A stretch of 64,000 nt of DNA, taken from positions 72,906,220 through 72,970,219 of the forward strand of contig NC_068990.1 in assembly GCF_001194135.2 (NCBI RefSeq). Direction: 5' to 3'. Below are positions 48,606 to 60,879 of the stretch, piece by piece. Numbering within the stretch: position 1 is the stretch's first letter; every line of letters begins with the position of its first letter. The position numbers and the translations under genes are program-made. Origin of the DNA: Octopus bimaculoides (lineage: Eukaryota). The notes under the pieces were generated by a model, which saw only the letters and a list, made by a program, of their open reading frames with translations, had not been told where the DNA came from and made no database searches.

Positions 48606-49314
48606 TAATTATCATTGTTGTTGTTGTCATTATTATTGTCTATCTGAGTTTTAGAATAGGTCCACAGTATCTAGCCATAAGACACTAGTGAAGCTGATGA
48701 TGTCAGTGATGACAGTGACAATGGTGGTGGTGATTGTGATGAGGAGGAAGTGGAGGAGGAACACATATTTCTGTATCCTAGATAGATAATGGGCCACATA
48801 GGTCAGGTACCATGTTGCACACTCTACTGGGCAGAATTTGCCAATGTGCCAGGTAATGATAATCATAATATGATGCATCATAAAATTCCAAGTGGTGCAC
48901 TGTATCAAAATTAACAAATAAATGTTAACACAATAATGAATGGTTGCCTGCTCAAAGCCATTTCGATTCCATGACTATTTGACATTTGAATTGCAGTATT
49001 TCCAATAACAATCTTGGGGTTTTCTCTCCCGCCGCCTGTCTCTCTCTCTTTATTTTATAGCTTGATGAGTAAAATTCGTGAAAAGCACAAAGTATAAAAA
49101 CTTGATACAATAAGTATACAGCAACAACTACATTGAAATCTTTAAAAATTGTTTTAATTCATTCTTTTAATACTTTTAAATAATTAATTACCCTTACACA
49201 CACACACACACACATTATTTACTTGGAGGTCCTTGCTAGCCTTCCTAGACAGGGTGTAGCTGATGCAACCTATGTTCAGCTGAGGTTTCTGGAGAAACAA
49301 GAAGTGCTGCTGTA

Positions 49315-49565
49315 GGTGGAGAGCTGGCAGGGAAGGCAATGAACTGGCAGAAACGTTAGCACGCTGGGCGAAAAGCTTAGCAGTATTTCGTCTGCCATTA
49401 TGTTCTGAGTTCAAATTCTGCCGAGGTCAACTTTGCCTTTCATCCTTTCGGGGTCGATAAATTAAGTACCAGCTATGCACTGGGGGTCGATGTAATCGAT
49501 TTAATCCCTTTGTCTGTCCTTGTTTGTCCCCTCTATGTTTAGCCCCTTGTGGACAATAAAGAAAT
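49315..49565 (+). mobile_element. young family A SINE with a duplicated 5' head and 16-bp TSD
   Basis: Perfect TSD AAGAAGTGCTGCTGTA at 49299-49314 and 49566-49581; CpGs retained. Confidence 0.92.
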
Positions 49566-49662
49566 AAGAAGTGCTGCTGTAATGATAGAAGACAGAGTTT
49601 CGTGAAAATATTCTAGGGACCTACAAGATAAAAAGGTCTTTTAATAGGAAAAAAAAAAAAAA

Positions 49663-49960
49663 TTGGCACTCTGTTAGCAATGATGACAAGGGCTCCACTT
49701 GATCCTATCAACAGTACATCCTGCATATGAAGTTAACATGCAAGCGGCTGAGCACTCCACAGACACATGTACCCTTAAAATAGTTCTCGAGCAGATTCAA
49801 CGTAACACAGAAGGTGACAAGGCTGGCCCTTTGAAGTACTACTCTTTATTGCCAGCTTAGTGAACTGGAGCAATATGAAGAAAAGTGTTTTGCCGAAGGA
49901 CACAATGCACCACCAGGTTTTGAACTCATGACCTTACAATCATGAGCCAAATACCCTAAC
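49663..49960 (-). mobile_element. tRNA-headed SINE (V/CORE-like 5' block plus the 3' module shared with 43636-43883)
   Basis: GTGTCCTTCGGCAAAACACTT block, then GGCCAGCCTTGTCAC...TAAGGGTACATGTGTCTGTGGAGTGCTCAGCC. Confidence 0.8.
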
Positions 49961-50764
49961 CACATAACAGTCTTTTAATGATATTTAGTGAAAACTTATT
50001 TTATAAAAGAACAAGATCTAACATTTGAATGTTATTTACATGCTTAGTTTCTTCGGTTTTTTCCCACTTGAATAAATTATTTCTCTACAACAGTTTTAGT
50101 TTCTTTTTAATGTCTTAGCAAAATTAACTCAGTGGTAGTTATATGTAAAATATAAATACAGATTACACTATTTTTTTTCAAGTCTGAAAACACCACTAAT
50201 ATAACAGCATGTGGCTATAGTACATTGCTAAGTTAATGACTGTTGCACATTGGTTGAATAAAGGTTTACTGTTATGTGGATGATCTAGAATGTGTGGGTG
50301 TGTATGTTCGTATGCATGTATTTGCATAGCAGCTGCATCATCCCAGATATGTCAACAGTATTGAAATGGGAGTTCCATTTGTGCATTGAAGGTGGTCAGT
50401 AACTAACTGCTTTTTAAAAAGAAAGCCTAACTTTTGAAACACAGTTGTAGGTATATTATAGGTTTGTGATCACCGCGAAAGATCAGAGAGAGCAAGTATA
50501 TCACTCCACACACACACACNNNNNNNNNNTTTGTGATCACCGCGAAAGATCAGAGAGAGCAAGTATATCACTCCACACACACACACACAAACGAAAGTGC
50601 AAAAGTTTTAATGGTGAGTTGCTCAGGAATAGAGAAAATGTATTGCCGAATGTATCTAAGACTGCGTAGTAACTCATTTCAGGCGTTGTTGGATGAGATT
50701 ATCTTGTCATGATCTTATAGCAAGGTGTTTTTCAAAGTTTTGTGTTCATTTCTGTCTGTTTCTC

Positions 50765-50811
<47 letters not shown>

Positions 50812-50912
50812 ACGCGTGCGTGTGCGTGTGTGTGTGTGTGCNNNNNNNNNNNNNNNNNNNNNNNNNNNNNNNNNNNNNNNNNNNNNNNNNNNNNNNNNNN
50901 NNNNNNNNNNNN

Positions 50913-50957
<45 letters not shown>

Positions 50958-52574
50958 AAATAAATATTTATTCTGAAATAGTTCCTTGTATACTTTAACA
51001 TCTGATAGATAAATCTGAAAACCTTAAAAATAATTAAAAAGATGAATAATTGGATTCAATTGTGTTTTAGAAAGAAATTATGATAATAGCTTTAATGCAA
51101 AAAAAAAAAATAAAAGCAAGGCTTTATGGGTTTTCTATTTTTAGTCCTCATTTTAATGAAATGTTCCTTAGATTCATTTCATCCTAAATCTATATCAGTT
51201 CTTACTTAATCCAACAGATTAATAATCAAAATAAAATGTAATACAACATGGTATACATTAAAATTCTGTATTTCTAAAAACATACTAAACAGAACTGTCA
51301 AATATATCAGATATTTATGTATACATATGATTTTTTTTTTCAAAGTCATATTTTATAATTAAATTATAAACATTCAAATTCAAACAACGGAATTTTAATT
51401 ATAAAATATCCAAAGAATTTTCATCATCACCAATAACATTTTCAGTAATAGTATAAAAGTAGAGTCAATGATTATCACAAAGCATCAGAAATAAACTGTA
51501 CAAATATTGGCAAAATTATTTAAATGTGATTCCATCTCTATGTTTCAGTCTTTTTACTAGTAGCAATCAATATTAATGACTGTATACTAGATACTTATTC
51601 AATTGTGAGGACATTTATATCTTGTTGGGACATATTTTGACCAGTTTGCTCAGATTATTCAATTATTATCATTATCAAACTTATAATAATTTTGACATCT
51701 GGTTTTCCTCACTGGCATTGGTGGGAGAAAAGCAAATGAAAGAATGACCAAGAAGCTCAAAAACATAACAAAATTGTAACCACCAAAACAAGATAGATAA
51801 TAAATATATCTTCAGATTTGAATCAAAGAGAAAATTAATTGTAAGCATTGTCCAACTCAAATGTTATTTGAAGTGGGTTAAAAGAAAACAAAAAAATGGA
51901 ATTACTTTCATAGATATTTTCCTACAGATTATGCAATATTGATACAATAATTTACATAATATCTATTGTATGAAGGTGACTTTTAGAAATATCTTCACAA
52001 ATAAAACTGTTAGAGCTGAAAAAGGAAAACAAAAAGAAAAAACCTCCAACAGAGATTCAAGGCCACAGCCTGTTGTCTGGAACCATTAAAAGAGTATACA
52101 TGATAAGACAGGTTTGACATTGAAAAAATATAGTAATTCTTTGTAAATCATTTAATTTTTCAGATTATTCAAATATGTAATTAACCTTACTGAATGCATC
52201 AGCATAGAAAACATATATTTGCAATACAACATTATCACAAATATTCATCTAACATTTTTTGCTCTTTTACACTGGAATAAAATGATTTATTTTCTTGATT
52301 TCTTTTGTATAATTGTTAACTACACATGACACTATGAAAAGACAGAGCTAGAGAATTGAGAATTCTAATTTAAATATTTAAACAACTTAAATTACAGCAA
52401 ATATTAGATATTGCTCTGATTTCTTTCAATTTTCTATTGAATTCTAAAGTCATTTTCTTTATGTTTGATATAATAAAGATTTATACTAGCTATCGAGATT
52501 AGGTTGTATAGAATTTTTTTTGTTTTGTTTTTTTGAAACTTGGTAGATTATATATGTTTCTTTTTATCACATAC

Positions 52575-52642
52575 CTGCAGGCAACTTTTCTTCCATGCCA
52601 TTAGAATATTCATCCATGCATTGCTGACAAGCTTTGAGCAAT
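52575..52642 (-). CDS. candidate exon (LLKACQQCMDEYSNGMEEKLPA, or CSKLVSNAWMNILMAWKKSCLQ in another frame)
   Basis: CTTTGTTTTTCTAG acceptor, CAG|GTATGT donor, 68 nt, two open frames. Confidence 0.3.
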
Positions 52643-52656
52643 CTAGAAAAACAAAG
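52581..52656 (+). CDS. alternative candidate exon on the plus strand (QLFFHAIRIFIHALLTSFEQSRKTK)
   Basis: CCTGCAG acceptor, AAG|GTAATA donor, 76 nt, phase 2-0, open. Confidence 0.25.
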
Positions 52657-54094
52657 GTAATATATAAGTACAGAACACACTAAAGGGATCTTATATTGGA
52701 GGAATAAAGTGGGAAGAGAAATAAGTTTTGTATATTATAGGAAACCAAAAATAGCATCAAGTTAATTTTTATTTCAAGAAGAATATAAAATTTGCGAAAT
52801 TAATTTAAATTAGATTAAAATACAAAGTTTTTAAAATAGAAAAATATTGAAAAATCTACAATCCTATAGCTAATTACCTATATATTTTATTTCATTGCTT
52901 TGCAAAAAAAAAAATGTCTTAATTTAAGAGTGCTGCTGTGTTTGACTTCTCTAATAATAAAAAATTCAAATTAAGAATAATATTATATGAAAATTTAATG
53001 AGAATATAAAACAATTTAAACCAAGTGACTTCAGTTCTATGTTCAAACTACTGAATAAGAGTTTTTTTTTTGTTTTGTTACAAATTTCAATCTATCATAT
53101 ATTTTACAAATGTTTTTGTAAGAAGCCTTCTTATACTGATGAAGTATTTATAAAATTTACCATTAATTTTAAACTTATAAAATTTGCAGGAAAAATTTAA
53201 TCAGGAAAGAACTAGAAAGCATTCCAATCCAAACATGTTTATAAATAACTGAAATTCTTCAAAACTCTAAAGGAAACTAATACATCTTAGATTTTTTGTA
53301 ATTCTGAAAGAATTTCTTTTTTGTTTAATAAGAATTGGCATTGTACACAGTTTTTTCTTTCTACAGTATCTAATTAATAAAAACATAGTAGTAATTTGTG
53401 ATAGGGATTTAATATTATAACGAAAATATATCCAAAAAGATAAATGATAAAAATTCCTGAATTATTAAATAAATAATTATTGAATAGAATATATTCCCCT
53501 TCATTTTGCAGCAAAATGGTCAATTGTCTATGGGTTTATTAACTCAGTACTACATTTGATTAAATCTTTGGGCACAATCTTTTACATATATGAGTCGAGT
53601 TAAGAAAAGAAGCACAATGAAAGATAAATGGAAAGCTAAGGAAAAAATAAAGAGGACCTTGTTTTTCTTTTTTTGGACATGGCACCAACATTAAAATAAA
53701 TGATAATTAAAAATAACCAAATCATTTTACAAATTGAAAGGTTGTATTAAAGAAGAAAAAAAAAATTGAAGTGTGGTTAATTAGTCTATTTCATGACTTA
53801 CAAATAAATACTTCAAAACCAAAATAAAAAAAGCAACAAAAGCAAAAATAAAAAAACACATTTGACAACAAAAAGGAAATGGAACACCTTGAATTTAAAT
53901 TCTTAATTTAAGACAACAATTGATTAAAACTATATTTAAGAAATCCTTAAGTTCATCATCATTAGCATTTCACACCTGCTTTTCCATGCCCAATAGTTTT
54001 GCTGTAACAGTCTTTTGCAACTGGGTGCTCTCTCTGTTGCCAACCTGTAGTAGTACCACCAGCAGAAGTAGTGATAATACATACAAGACAAATC

Positions 54095-54310
54095 AAATCA
54101 TCATCATCATCAACATTAAAATAAATGATGCCAGCACCAGTCAAACTGTTTGGATGGCTTGACTGGGGCTGGCAAGCTGGAAGGCTGCACCAGATGCCAG
54201 TCTGATCTGACATGGTCTCTACAAATGGATGCCCATCCTAATGCCAACCACTCCAAGAGTGTAGTGGGTGCTTTTATGTGCCACCAGTATGGGTGTCATT
54301 TGTGTGGCAC
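54095..54310 (-). mobile_element. family C tail element
   Basis: GGATGCCCATCCTAATGCCAACCACTCC block. Confidence 0.8.
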
Positions 54311-54529
54311 AGGTATCTTCCGCAGAGTCTCCAATATTTGGAAACTTGACTTTTGGCTGTACAAAGGTCATTTCATGCTATATTTTTACACATAATTTAT
54401 CAGAATTTTCAGATCTGAAAATTTTTGAGCCCTAGATTGAGGGTAAGGACATACCTAGTCTTTGTGATGCAAAAGTTAGCACAATCATCTGGATTACAAT
54501 AAACATTTTTTTTTCCTTACAACAAGACA

Positions 54530-54850
54530 GCAGTTCCTGTCCTTCTATCTTTCTCTAACCGTTTATCACCTTGCACAAATCCCCATCTTTCAATATGACT
54601 TCCTACTCAGTTCAGGGATCATGTCTTGCAAGTTACATAGTGACCTCACTAGTGCTGGTGCCACATAAAAAGCACCAATACACTCTATAAAATGGTTGGC
54701 ATTAGGAAGAAAATCCAGCCATAGAAACTATGTCAAAGCAGACAGTAGAGCTTGGTATAGTCTTCTGGCTTGCCAGCTCCTGTCAATGCTCCAACCCATG
54801 CCAGAGTGCAAAATGGACGTTAAATGATGATGACGATAGTGGTGATGATA
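54530..54850 (+). mobile_element. family C element with a pyrimidine-rich 5' part
   Basis: GTCTTGCAAG...TGCTGGTGCCACATAAAAAGCACC...GGCATTAGGAAG...CCCATGCCAG...(GAT)n. Confidence 0.8.
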
Positions 54851-55471
54851 ATGATGATGTTTATGAGCAAACCTCTAACCATTCTAATATCAGTGTACTG
54901 TCTTTTCAAAATTCATTTTCATTTATTTGATTGCTTTTATTTGAAACACATTTAATTCAAAGTAGAATCAGAATGAAATATCAATGTCTAGATATTAGCC
55001 TGGCACAACTAGAATTACAAAATTCAATTTTCTTAAAATATGTATTACATTATTAAAAATTTATAGCAGCTATTTAAATCAAATTTCTCAAAAACTTATC
55101 TTTCACTTTAAATTAGATTAGTATATGTAAAAACATTGAATCACAAAAAGTTGTTTAGTCTAATTATTTGAAATAAAAATACCAAATAAAAAACAAAAGA
55201 GAATTTTATAAAATATCGTTAATGAAAGTTATTTTCTGGTTAAAAACATCTTAAAATGTATATAAAACATAATTATTTCTTTTAATTATTTATACTTCAT
55301 TACTATTGAACATATTTAAGTTACATTACACATTAACACTATGAACACAATGTGAAGGCACATGATCTAGCTGTTACAGTGTTGGACTCAAGACTATTAG
55401 GCCAAAAGTCATAAGTTCAGATCTAGGACTGAGAAATACATTTTGTCCTTGAACATGGTACTTCATTTCAG

Positions 55472-55520
55472 ATTTTTCTCCAGTACACATAGCTGAAAAG
55501 GAGTACCGTGAAGTGCTAAG
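55472..55520 (+). CDS. candidate exon (FSPVHIAEKEYREVL)
   Basis: CTTCATTTCAG acceptor, AAG|GTACAA donor, 49 nt, phase 1-2. Confidence 0.35.
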
Positions 55521-55749
55521 GTACAAAACATAAAGGAATACAACACTAGTATTGAGACCAGTGTAAATGCAACACAAACACAAATGCACGATACAAACAA
55601 GGTAGGCTGCTGCACAGTTTCTACCCTCCAAATATGATCCCATAGTAAAAGGCACTTTCCTAAGGTTCTTTGAACCATACGGCTAGAAGCAAACTTCTTA
55701 ATACATGTACCTATATATGTGTATGAGCATACACACACATGCCTACCCA

Positions 55750-55940
55750 ATCATTTAACATTCTTGTTCCATGTTGAAATAGGTTGGATGGCTTGACAGG
55801 ATACAACAGGTTCAAAGACTGCAATGTACCCCACTGTCTAGTCTGGCATGGTTTCTACGGCTAGATGCCTTTTCTAATGTCAGCCACTTTACAGTGTGTA
55901 CTGGGTACTTCACTTGTGCTACAAACACGAGTGAGGTCAC
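55750..55940 (-). mobile_element. family C tail element
   Basis: TTCCATGTTG...GATGCCTTTTCTAATGTCAGCCAC. Confidence 0.7.
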
Positions 55941-56129
55941 CATGGAGTTTGTAACATTATGAACTCCAAAAAGAAGGACTTTTGCTAGATGGGGAGTTAA
56001 AGTATGTGCAAAGGGGCCACAGTAGAACAGATTTGTTGCTGTAAATGAGCTAAATGATTACTCACATTTTTTAAAAGAGCCTGAGGGTAATGTAGTGAGT
56101 AAGGTAAAATCAAACGTCACCTCCTCGAG

Positions 56130-56365
56130 TCATACTGGCTCATAAGGGCAGGTTTTGAGGTTTCCATGGCATATAAATTCCCCACCAAGGTGGGACACCA
56201 GTCCGTTACAGGTTTGCTGATTTTTGCCAACTGAGTGAATTGGAGCAACACAAAATGAAGTGTTATGCTCAAAAACATAATGTGTCACCCAGTCCAGGAA
56301 TTGTAACCACAGTCTTACGATCATGAGTCCAGCACCCTAACCAGTAAGCCATGCACTTCCACAAT
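56130..56365 (-). mobile_element. tRNA-headed SINE with V-domain-like CCTGTAACGGACTGGTGTCCC motif
   Basis: Minus-strand head GTGCATGGCTTACTGGTTAGGGTGCTGGACTC, TTGAGCATAACACTT block, V-like motif. Confidence 0.7.
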
Positions 56366-56544
56366 GTAGCAGGGACTAGGAAGAGATAAAAGTAGTAATG
56401 AGGTGTTTGGGTGCACCCTCAAGACATGAGGTGGGAAGAAGTAAGTGAGGTTAGTGGAACCAGGAATATCTGTGGGTAGATGTCGTAGCAATGTATAAAA
56501 AGCATTTTGTCTGATGAAGTAACAATTTTGCCAGCTTGCCCTTT

Positions 56545-56790
56545 CTACTATAGGCACAGGGCCTGAAATTTTCGTGAGAGGAGGTTAGTCAATAACAGCA
56601 ACCCCAGTACTCAACTTGTATTTATTTCATCCTCCCCACCACCACTGCCACCACCACCACCACCACCACCAAAAAAAGTTTGGAAGGCAAAGTCGACCTC
56701 AGTGGAAACTGAACTCATAAAGTAAGTCCTGAAGAAACGCTAAGCATCTTGTCCAGTGTGGTAATGATCCTGACAGCTTGCCACGCTACT
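56545..56790 (-). mobile_element. family A SINE with an internal (CCA)n expansion
   Basis: GGCAAAGTCGACCTC domain and GACAGCTTGCCAC head. Confidence 0.8.
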
Positions 56791-56803
56791 TAGTAATAAT
56801 GAT

Positions 56804-57262
56804 AAGAATAGCACTCAGAGAGTGCAAACCTCCACCAAGGCAACACCAACGTCCTCTCAACGATTAGCCAGAGATGATTTTTAAAATAAGAATATCTGAA
56901 ATAAACTCGACTGGTCTCACAAATGAAAATACTAAAAATGAACCAGACCGTTCTCACAAATTAAGTAAAAAAACAGGAAAAATAGTCCAGAATCTTTGTC
57001 CGGTACCAGATTGATCCCAAAATCTAAACAGTTCATGCCAGTCACAGAGCCAAACATCCCTGAAAGTTTCATCTAAATCCATCCAGTGGTTCTTGAGATA
57101 TCTTGTCCATGGACAGACAAACAAACAAACAAACAGCCACGACTGAAAACAATACCTCCACCTTTTCTAAAATTAATAAGAAGAAACCTCTGCCAAACAT
57201 CCCTGAAAGTTTCATCTGAATCCATCCTTGTTCACGATCAATCAAACACTAAGGCGGAGGTA
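56804..57262 (+). mobile_element. Helentron-associated (HINE/DINE-1/Pearl-like) non-autonomous element
   Basis: 5' hairpin GCACTC-AGA-GAGTGC, subterminal ACCTCCACC, (ACAG/ACAA)n microsatellite, 3' inverted repeat TACCTCCACCTT/AAGGCGGAGGTA. Confidence 0.65.
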
Positions 57263-57429
57263 ATAATAATAATAAAGTACAAACTAAAAGCCAACTACAC
57301 TGAAATAAAAGCTTTAAAAATTAGAACGATCAATAAAGAATTCCAAAATATAATCATGGGGAAAATGGTGAGAAAAACCACTCCAGAGTCAATAGCTCAC
57401 AAGGTTTGACAGTGGAGTAGGAGGCCAAA

Positions 57430-57570
57430 ATGAATGCCAACAATGGCTCAAAAACCTCTGGTGCAGCAAACTACACAATCTGTACACTGAAACAACTTGC
57501 CATATTCTTTCTGATTGCACCAACGCATCCACATGAAAATGGATAAAATAGAATGACCTGATCACAGTCT
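57430..57570 (+). pseudogene. possible old non-LTR zinc-knuckle remnant
   Basis: ETTCHILSDC resembles the ETxxHILxxC part of the CCHC knuckle seen in the 48.3-kb element. Confidence 0.3.
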
Positions 57571-57757
57571 CATGAGGTATGTGTGTCTGGACTGATAAGA
57601 AGATCAAAGCAAACCATCCAGGTATAAATTACAAGGATAGTAACAAAAATCTCTGAACTCTGATGATATCTGTATTCCTTCTCACTAAAGGAAAAATAGC
57701 TTTAAGGTAAAAATTATCAAAGAATTTCTCCTCTTAATAAACCTTTACCTTTTCCAG

Positions 57758-57774
57758 ATTTACCTTTAATGATA
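57758..57774 (+). CDS. candidate 17-nt exon (FTFND)
   Basis: CCTTTTCCAG acceptor, A|GTAAGC donor; phase 2-1 bridges 55520 and 58910 in frame. Confidence 0.2.
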
Positions 57775-58279
57775 GTAAGCATTTAATAAGACTTCAGTTG
57801 CATTAGCTAGAGGGCTAAGTGTTCAATCAAGCAGCTAATTATTATATATTACATTTTTCACACAAGTTAAAGAAATAAGTTTTAATCATCAAGGTAAAAT
57901 ACGGAAACCAATTTTGTACATGTTTAGAATTGAAATCATTGACAGTATAACAGTTCTTTTTTCTTTTCTTTTTGATTATGGTGGGGTGGTGGAATTTAAT
58001 GCTTTTTTTTTTTTCGCTATAAAAGGAAGTCAATATAAAACAATTTAGCTCTGAAAAAAAATTAATTATCCAGCTAAATTTCCCAATATTATAAACAAGA
58101 ATAAAAACAATACTTTCTAAATTGGGTGTTTAATATTCTGTGGAGAGAAAAGTCCTTATTCAGGAAAAGTAAAAAAAGAAATTTTCAATAAACAGTGACA
58201 GGAATTATTGGTATTGTTTAATTGAGACAGTATCCATTAGTAACTCCAAGTATATATTTTTTATTTTATACATATACAT

Positions 58280-58331
<52 letters not shown>

Positions 58332-58909
58332 CATGAAAAACGGACATTAAATGATGATGAGGATGATGATGATATTTGATTATTCATCTATATTCCTATT
58401 TATTTTTAGATGCAAGTCAAACAGCAATAGTTTTGAACTTGGCTAGATAACAGACAAACACATTTCTTTGATCTAATATATAGATTGAGGAAATAGCTCT
58501 GTATTATTTCAAACTTAGTAGTTTGACAGAGAATTAGGAACTGTTAGGAAATTATGGTGTTTCACTAGTGTGCATACGTGTGCAACTACAAATAGTTGGT
58601 AGTAGGATAGGACATAAGAAACACACATACGCACACGCACACATATACACGTGTGAGTGTGTGTGAGTGTCTGTGAAAGATGGTTTTTAAGAAATATTTC
58701 AGAACAAATTGGAACATTTGCTTTGAATTTAGCCAATAAGTTGAGGAAAAAACATTCATAATATATATTAATAATTATATTTCATAGATAAAAAGATTCA
58801 AGTTGAATGATTAGTGTGTAGTCGAGGGTTTTCTGGGGCTAAATCTAGGGGACTAATAAAACTATTTTTAGTTCAAATGTTTTTATATATTTTGTTGTTT
58901 AACTACCAG

Positions 58910-58944
58910 TTAGCGAACAATCAGCAGAGAAACCAAATTATCAG
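58910..58944 (+). CDS. candidate exon (SEQSAEKPNYQ)
   Basis: TTTGTTGTTTAACTACCAG acceptor, CAG|GTAAGA consensus donor, 35 nt. Confidence 0.3.
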
Positions 58945-59529
58945 GTAAGATTAGTTGTGGGTGTTTTAAGTTAAAACAGTTCTATTTACAATTTAAGCAG
59001 AGCTATACATAATATAGAAATGTGTTATTGATCTTCCAATCGAGTTCAATTGTTATATATCATTGATGAATTTATAAAAAAATATAATCTATTTACTCTC
59101 ATTAGTAGATACTTAAGAAATATACTTTACACACTGCAAATAAAAAATTCAAAGTAATTTTTTTGAAGTTCATTTAATGAAAACTTTGCTTTCCTTGTAA
59201 GCAATAATTCATTTGTATTCTTTTCGTTCTAGCACCATTTTCCTACTTGTTTGTTATTTATCAATTAACAAAGGCATATACAAGTGTGTNNNNNNNNNNN
59301 NNNNNNNNNNNNNNNNNNNNNNNNNNNNNNNNNNNNNNNNNNNNNNNNNNNNNNNNNNNNNNNNNNNNNNNNNNNNNNNNNNNNNNNNNACAACAACAAT
59401 AACTAATGTATGCTTATATTTATTGTCCAAATATCGATTTCCATGCATAGTTAAATACTAAAGAGTAATAAACCTTGCTTGAGTAAGACTGAACTATGTA
59501 GTGAGCCACAAACTCAACATTATGTCATC

Positions 59530-59670
59530 ATCACTATTTAACATTCATTGTCCATGCTAGCTTAGGTTGGACAGTGTGACCAGAATAGGCAAGCTGGTGG
59601 TGGTTGTACCAGACTCCAGTCTGATTTGGTATGATTTCTACGGCTGAATGCCCTTCCTAATGCCAACCTG
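59530..59670 (-). mobile_element. family C tail element
   Basis: GAATGCCCTTCCTAATGCCAACC block. Confidence 0.75.
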
Positions 59671-59769
59671 AAAAATATGGAATGCTTCACGAATTTGTAT
59701 GTTATCCTTGCACAGGTGCCATGCTAATTTTCTCTGTATCATTTCAATTTTAATAATATGGACTGCCAA

Positions 59770-60276
59770 TATATATTGCTCTCCGCTAGCCCCCCCGACC
59801 TGAGTGATCCATCTACATGCCCTGTCTCACTGTATTATTGCTATCTGCTAACCCCTGACATGTGTGTTCCACCCACACTTAACAAGAAAATGTTTCACTA
59901 ACCCTACCCTCACAACCCAACCTACACCTCCACATCTCTTCTCTGCCTCACATTTCCTCCTTCGTACATTGTGCCTAGCTCTCACTCTCCAATCCTGTCC
60001 TCACGGCCCTGTGCTTTTGTATCATTGCTATCCAGTAGCCCCTGCCCAGACTCTACACATACCCAGGTTTTCGTCACTCACTCTCCACTCCACACTCTTT
60101 AATCACACTTTCTTTGCAATATCCTGCCACTATATCATAGCATTCAAACCTCAAGGGTATGCGATGGCACTTGCCACCATCTTTATCCCCTTCTTCCTCT
60201 ACTCAACCATCCCATTTATATTCTGATCCCTGTTCTTTGTGAGTATGCCTGGCATTTTGCCACCATCTCTATCCTG

Positions 60277-60314
<38 letters not shown>

Positions 60315-60860
60315 TTCTCCTGCACTTCCCTTGGGTTGGGTAACCAAGTATTTTCCTTTGTGGTAGCACACCTGTTTCTGTCTTCATTCCTGATCTCTCT
60401 CTTTTTCTCCGCCCAGGTAACCATGTACTTCCTCTACAGCCAGACACCTGTTTCTGTCTCTGTCTCACAATAACCTTTTATCATCCAACACAAGTTCACC
60501 TCCTCCAATGCCCACTCTCCTCTTGGAGTTTTTTTTTTTTTGTCTTGCAAGTGCTTGGTGATCCTGTCAGTGCAGGTGCGACTTAAAAGTACCCAGTCTA
60601 CACTATAAAGTGGTTGGTGTTTGAAAGGGCATCCAGCTGTGAAAACCTTGCCAAAACTGACCTCACCTGTGCTTGTGCCTGGTAAAAAGCACCAAGTCCA
60701 CTCTACTGAATGGTTGGTGTTAGGAAGGGCATCCAGCTATAAAAATCCTGCCAAAACAGTCACAGAAGTCTGGTTCGGGTATCTGCATGACCAGCTCTTG
60801 TTAAACCATCCCACCCATGCTAGCATGGAAGGTAGACGTTAAATGATGATGATGACGATG
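59770..60860 (+). mobile_element. long C/T-rich-body family C element with a duplicated tail module
   Basis: About 770-bp pyrimidine-rich body, GTCTTGCAAG junction at 60542, AAGGGCATCCAGCT present twice, (GAT)n end. Confidence 0.65.
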
Positions 60861-60879
60861 ATATATAGATATATATATA

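Noticed and set aside
48680-48785. Acidic peptide SEADDVSDDSDNGGGDCDEEEVEEE
   Set aside because: Derived from degenerate GAT/GGT/GAG triplet repeats, bounded by stops, with no good splice sites.
50462-50590. Roughly 56-bp direct repeat on either side of a 10-N gap
   Set aside because: Pattern of an unmerged contig overlap; same artefact as TACCCTCCAG at 34219-34248.
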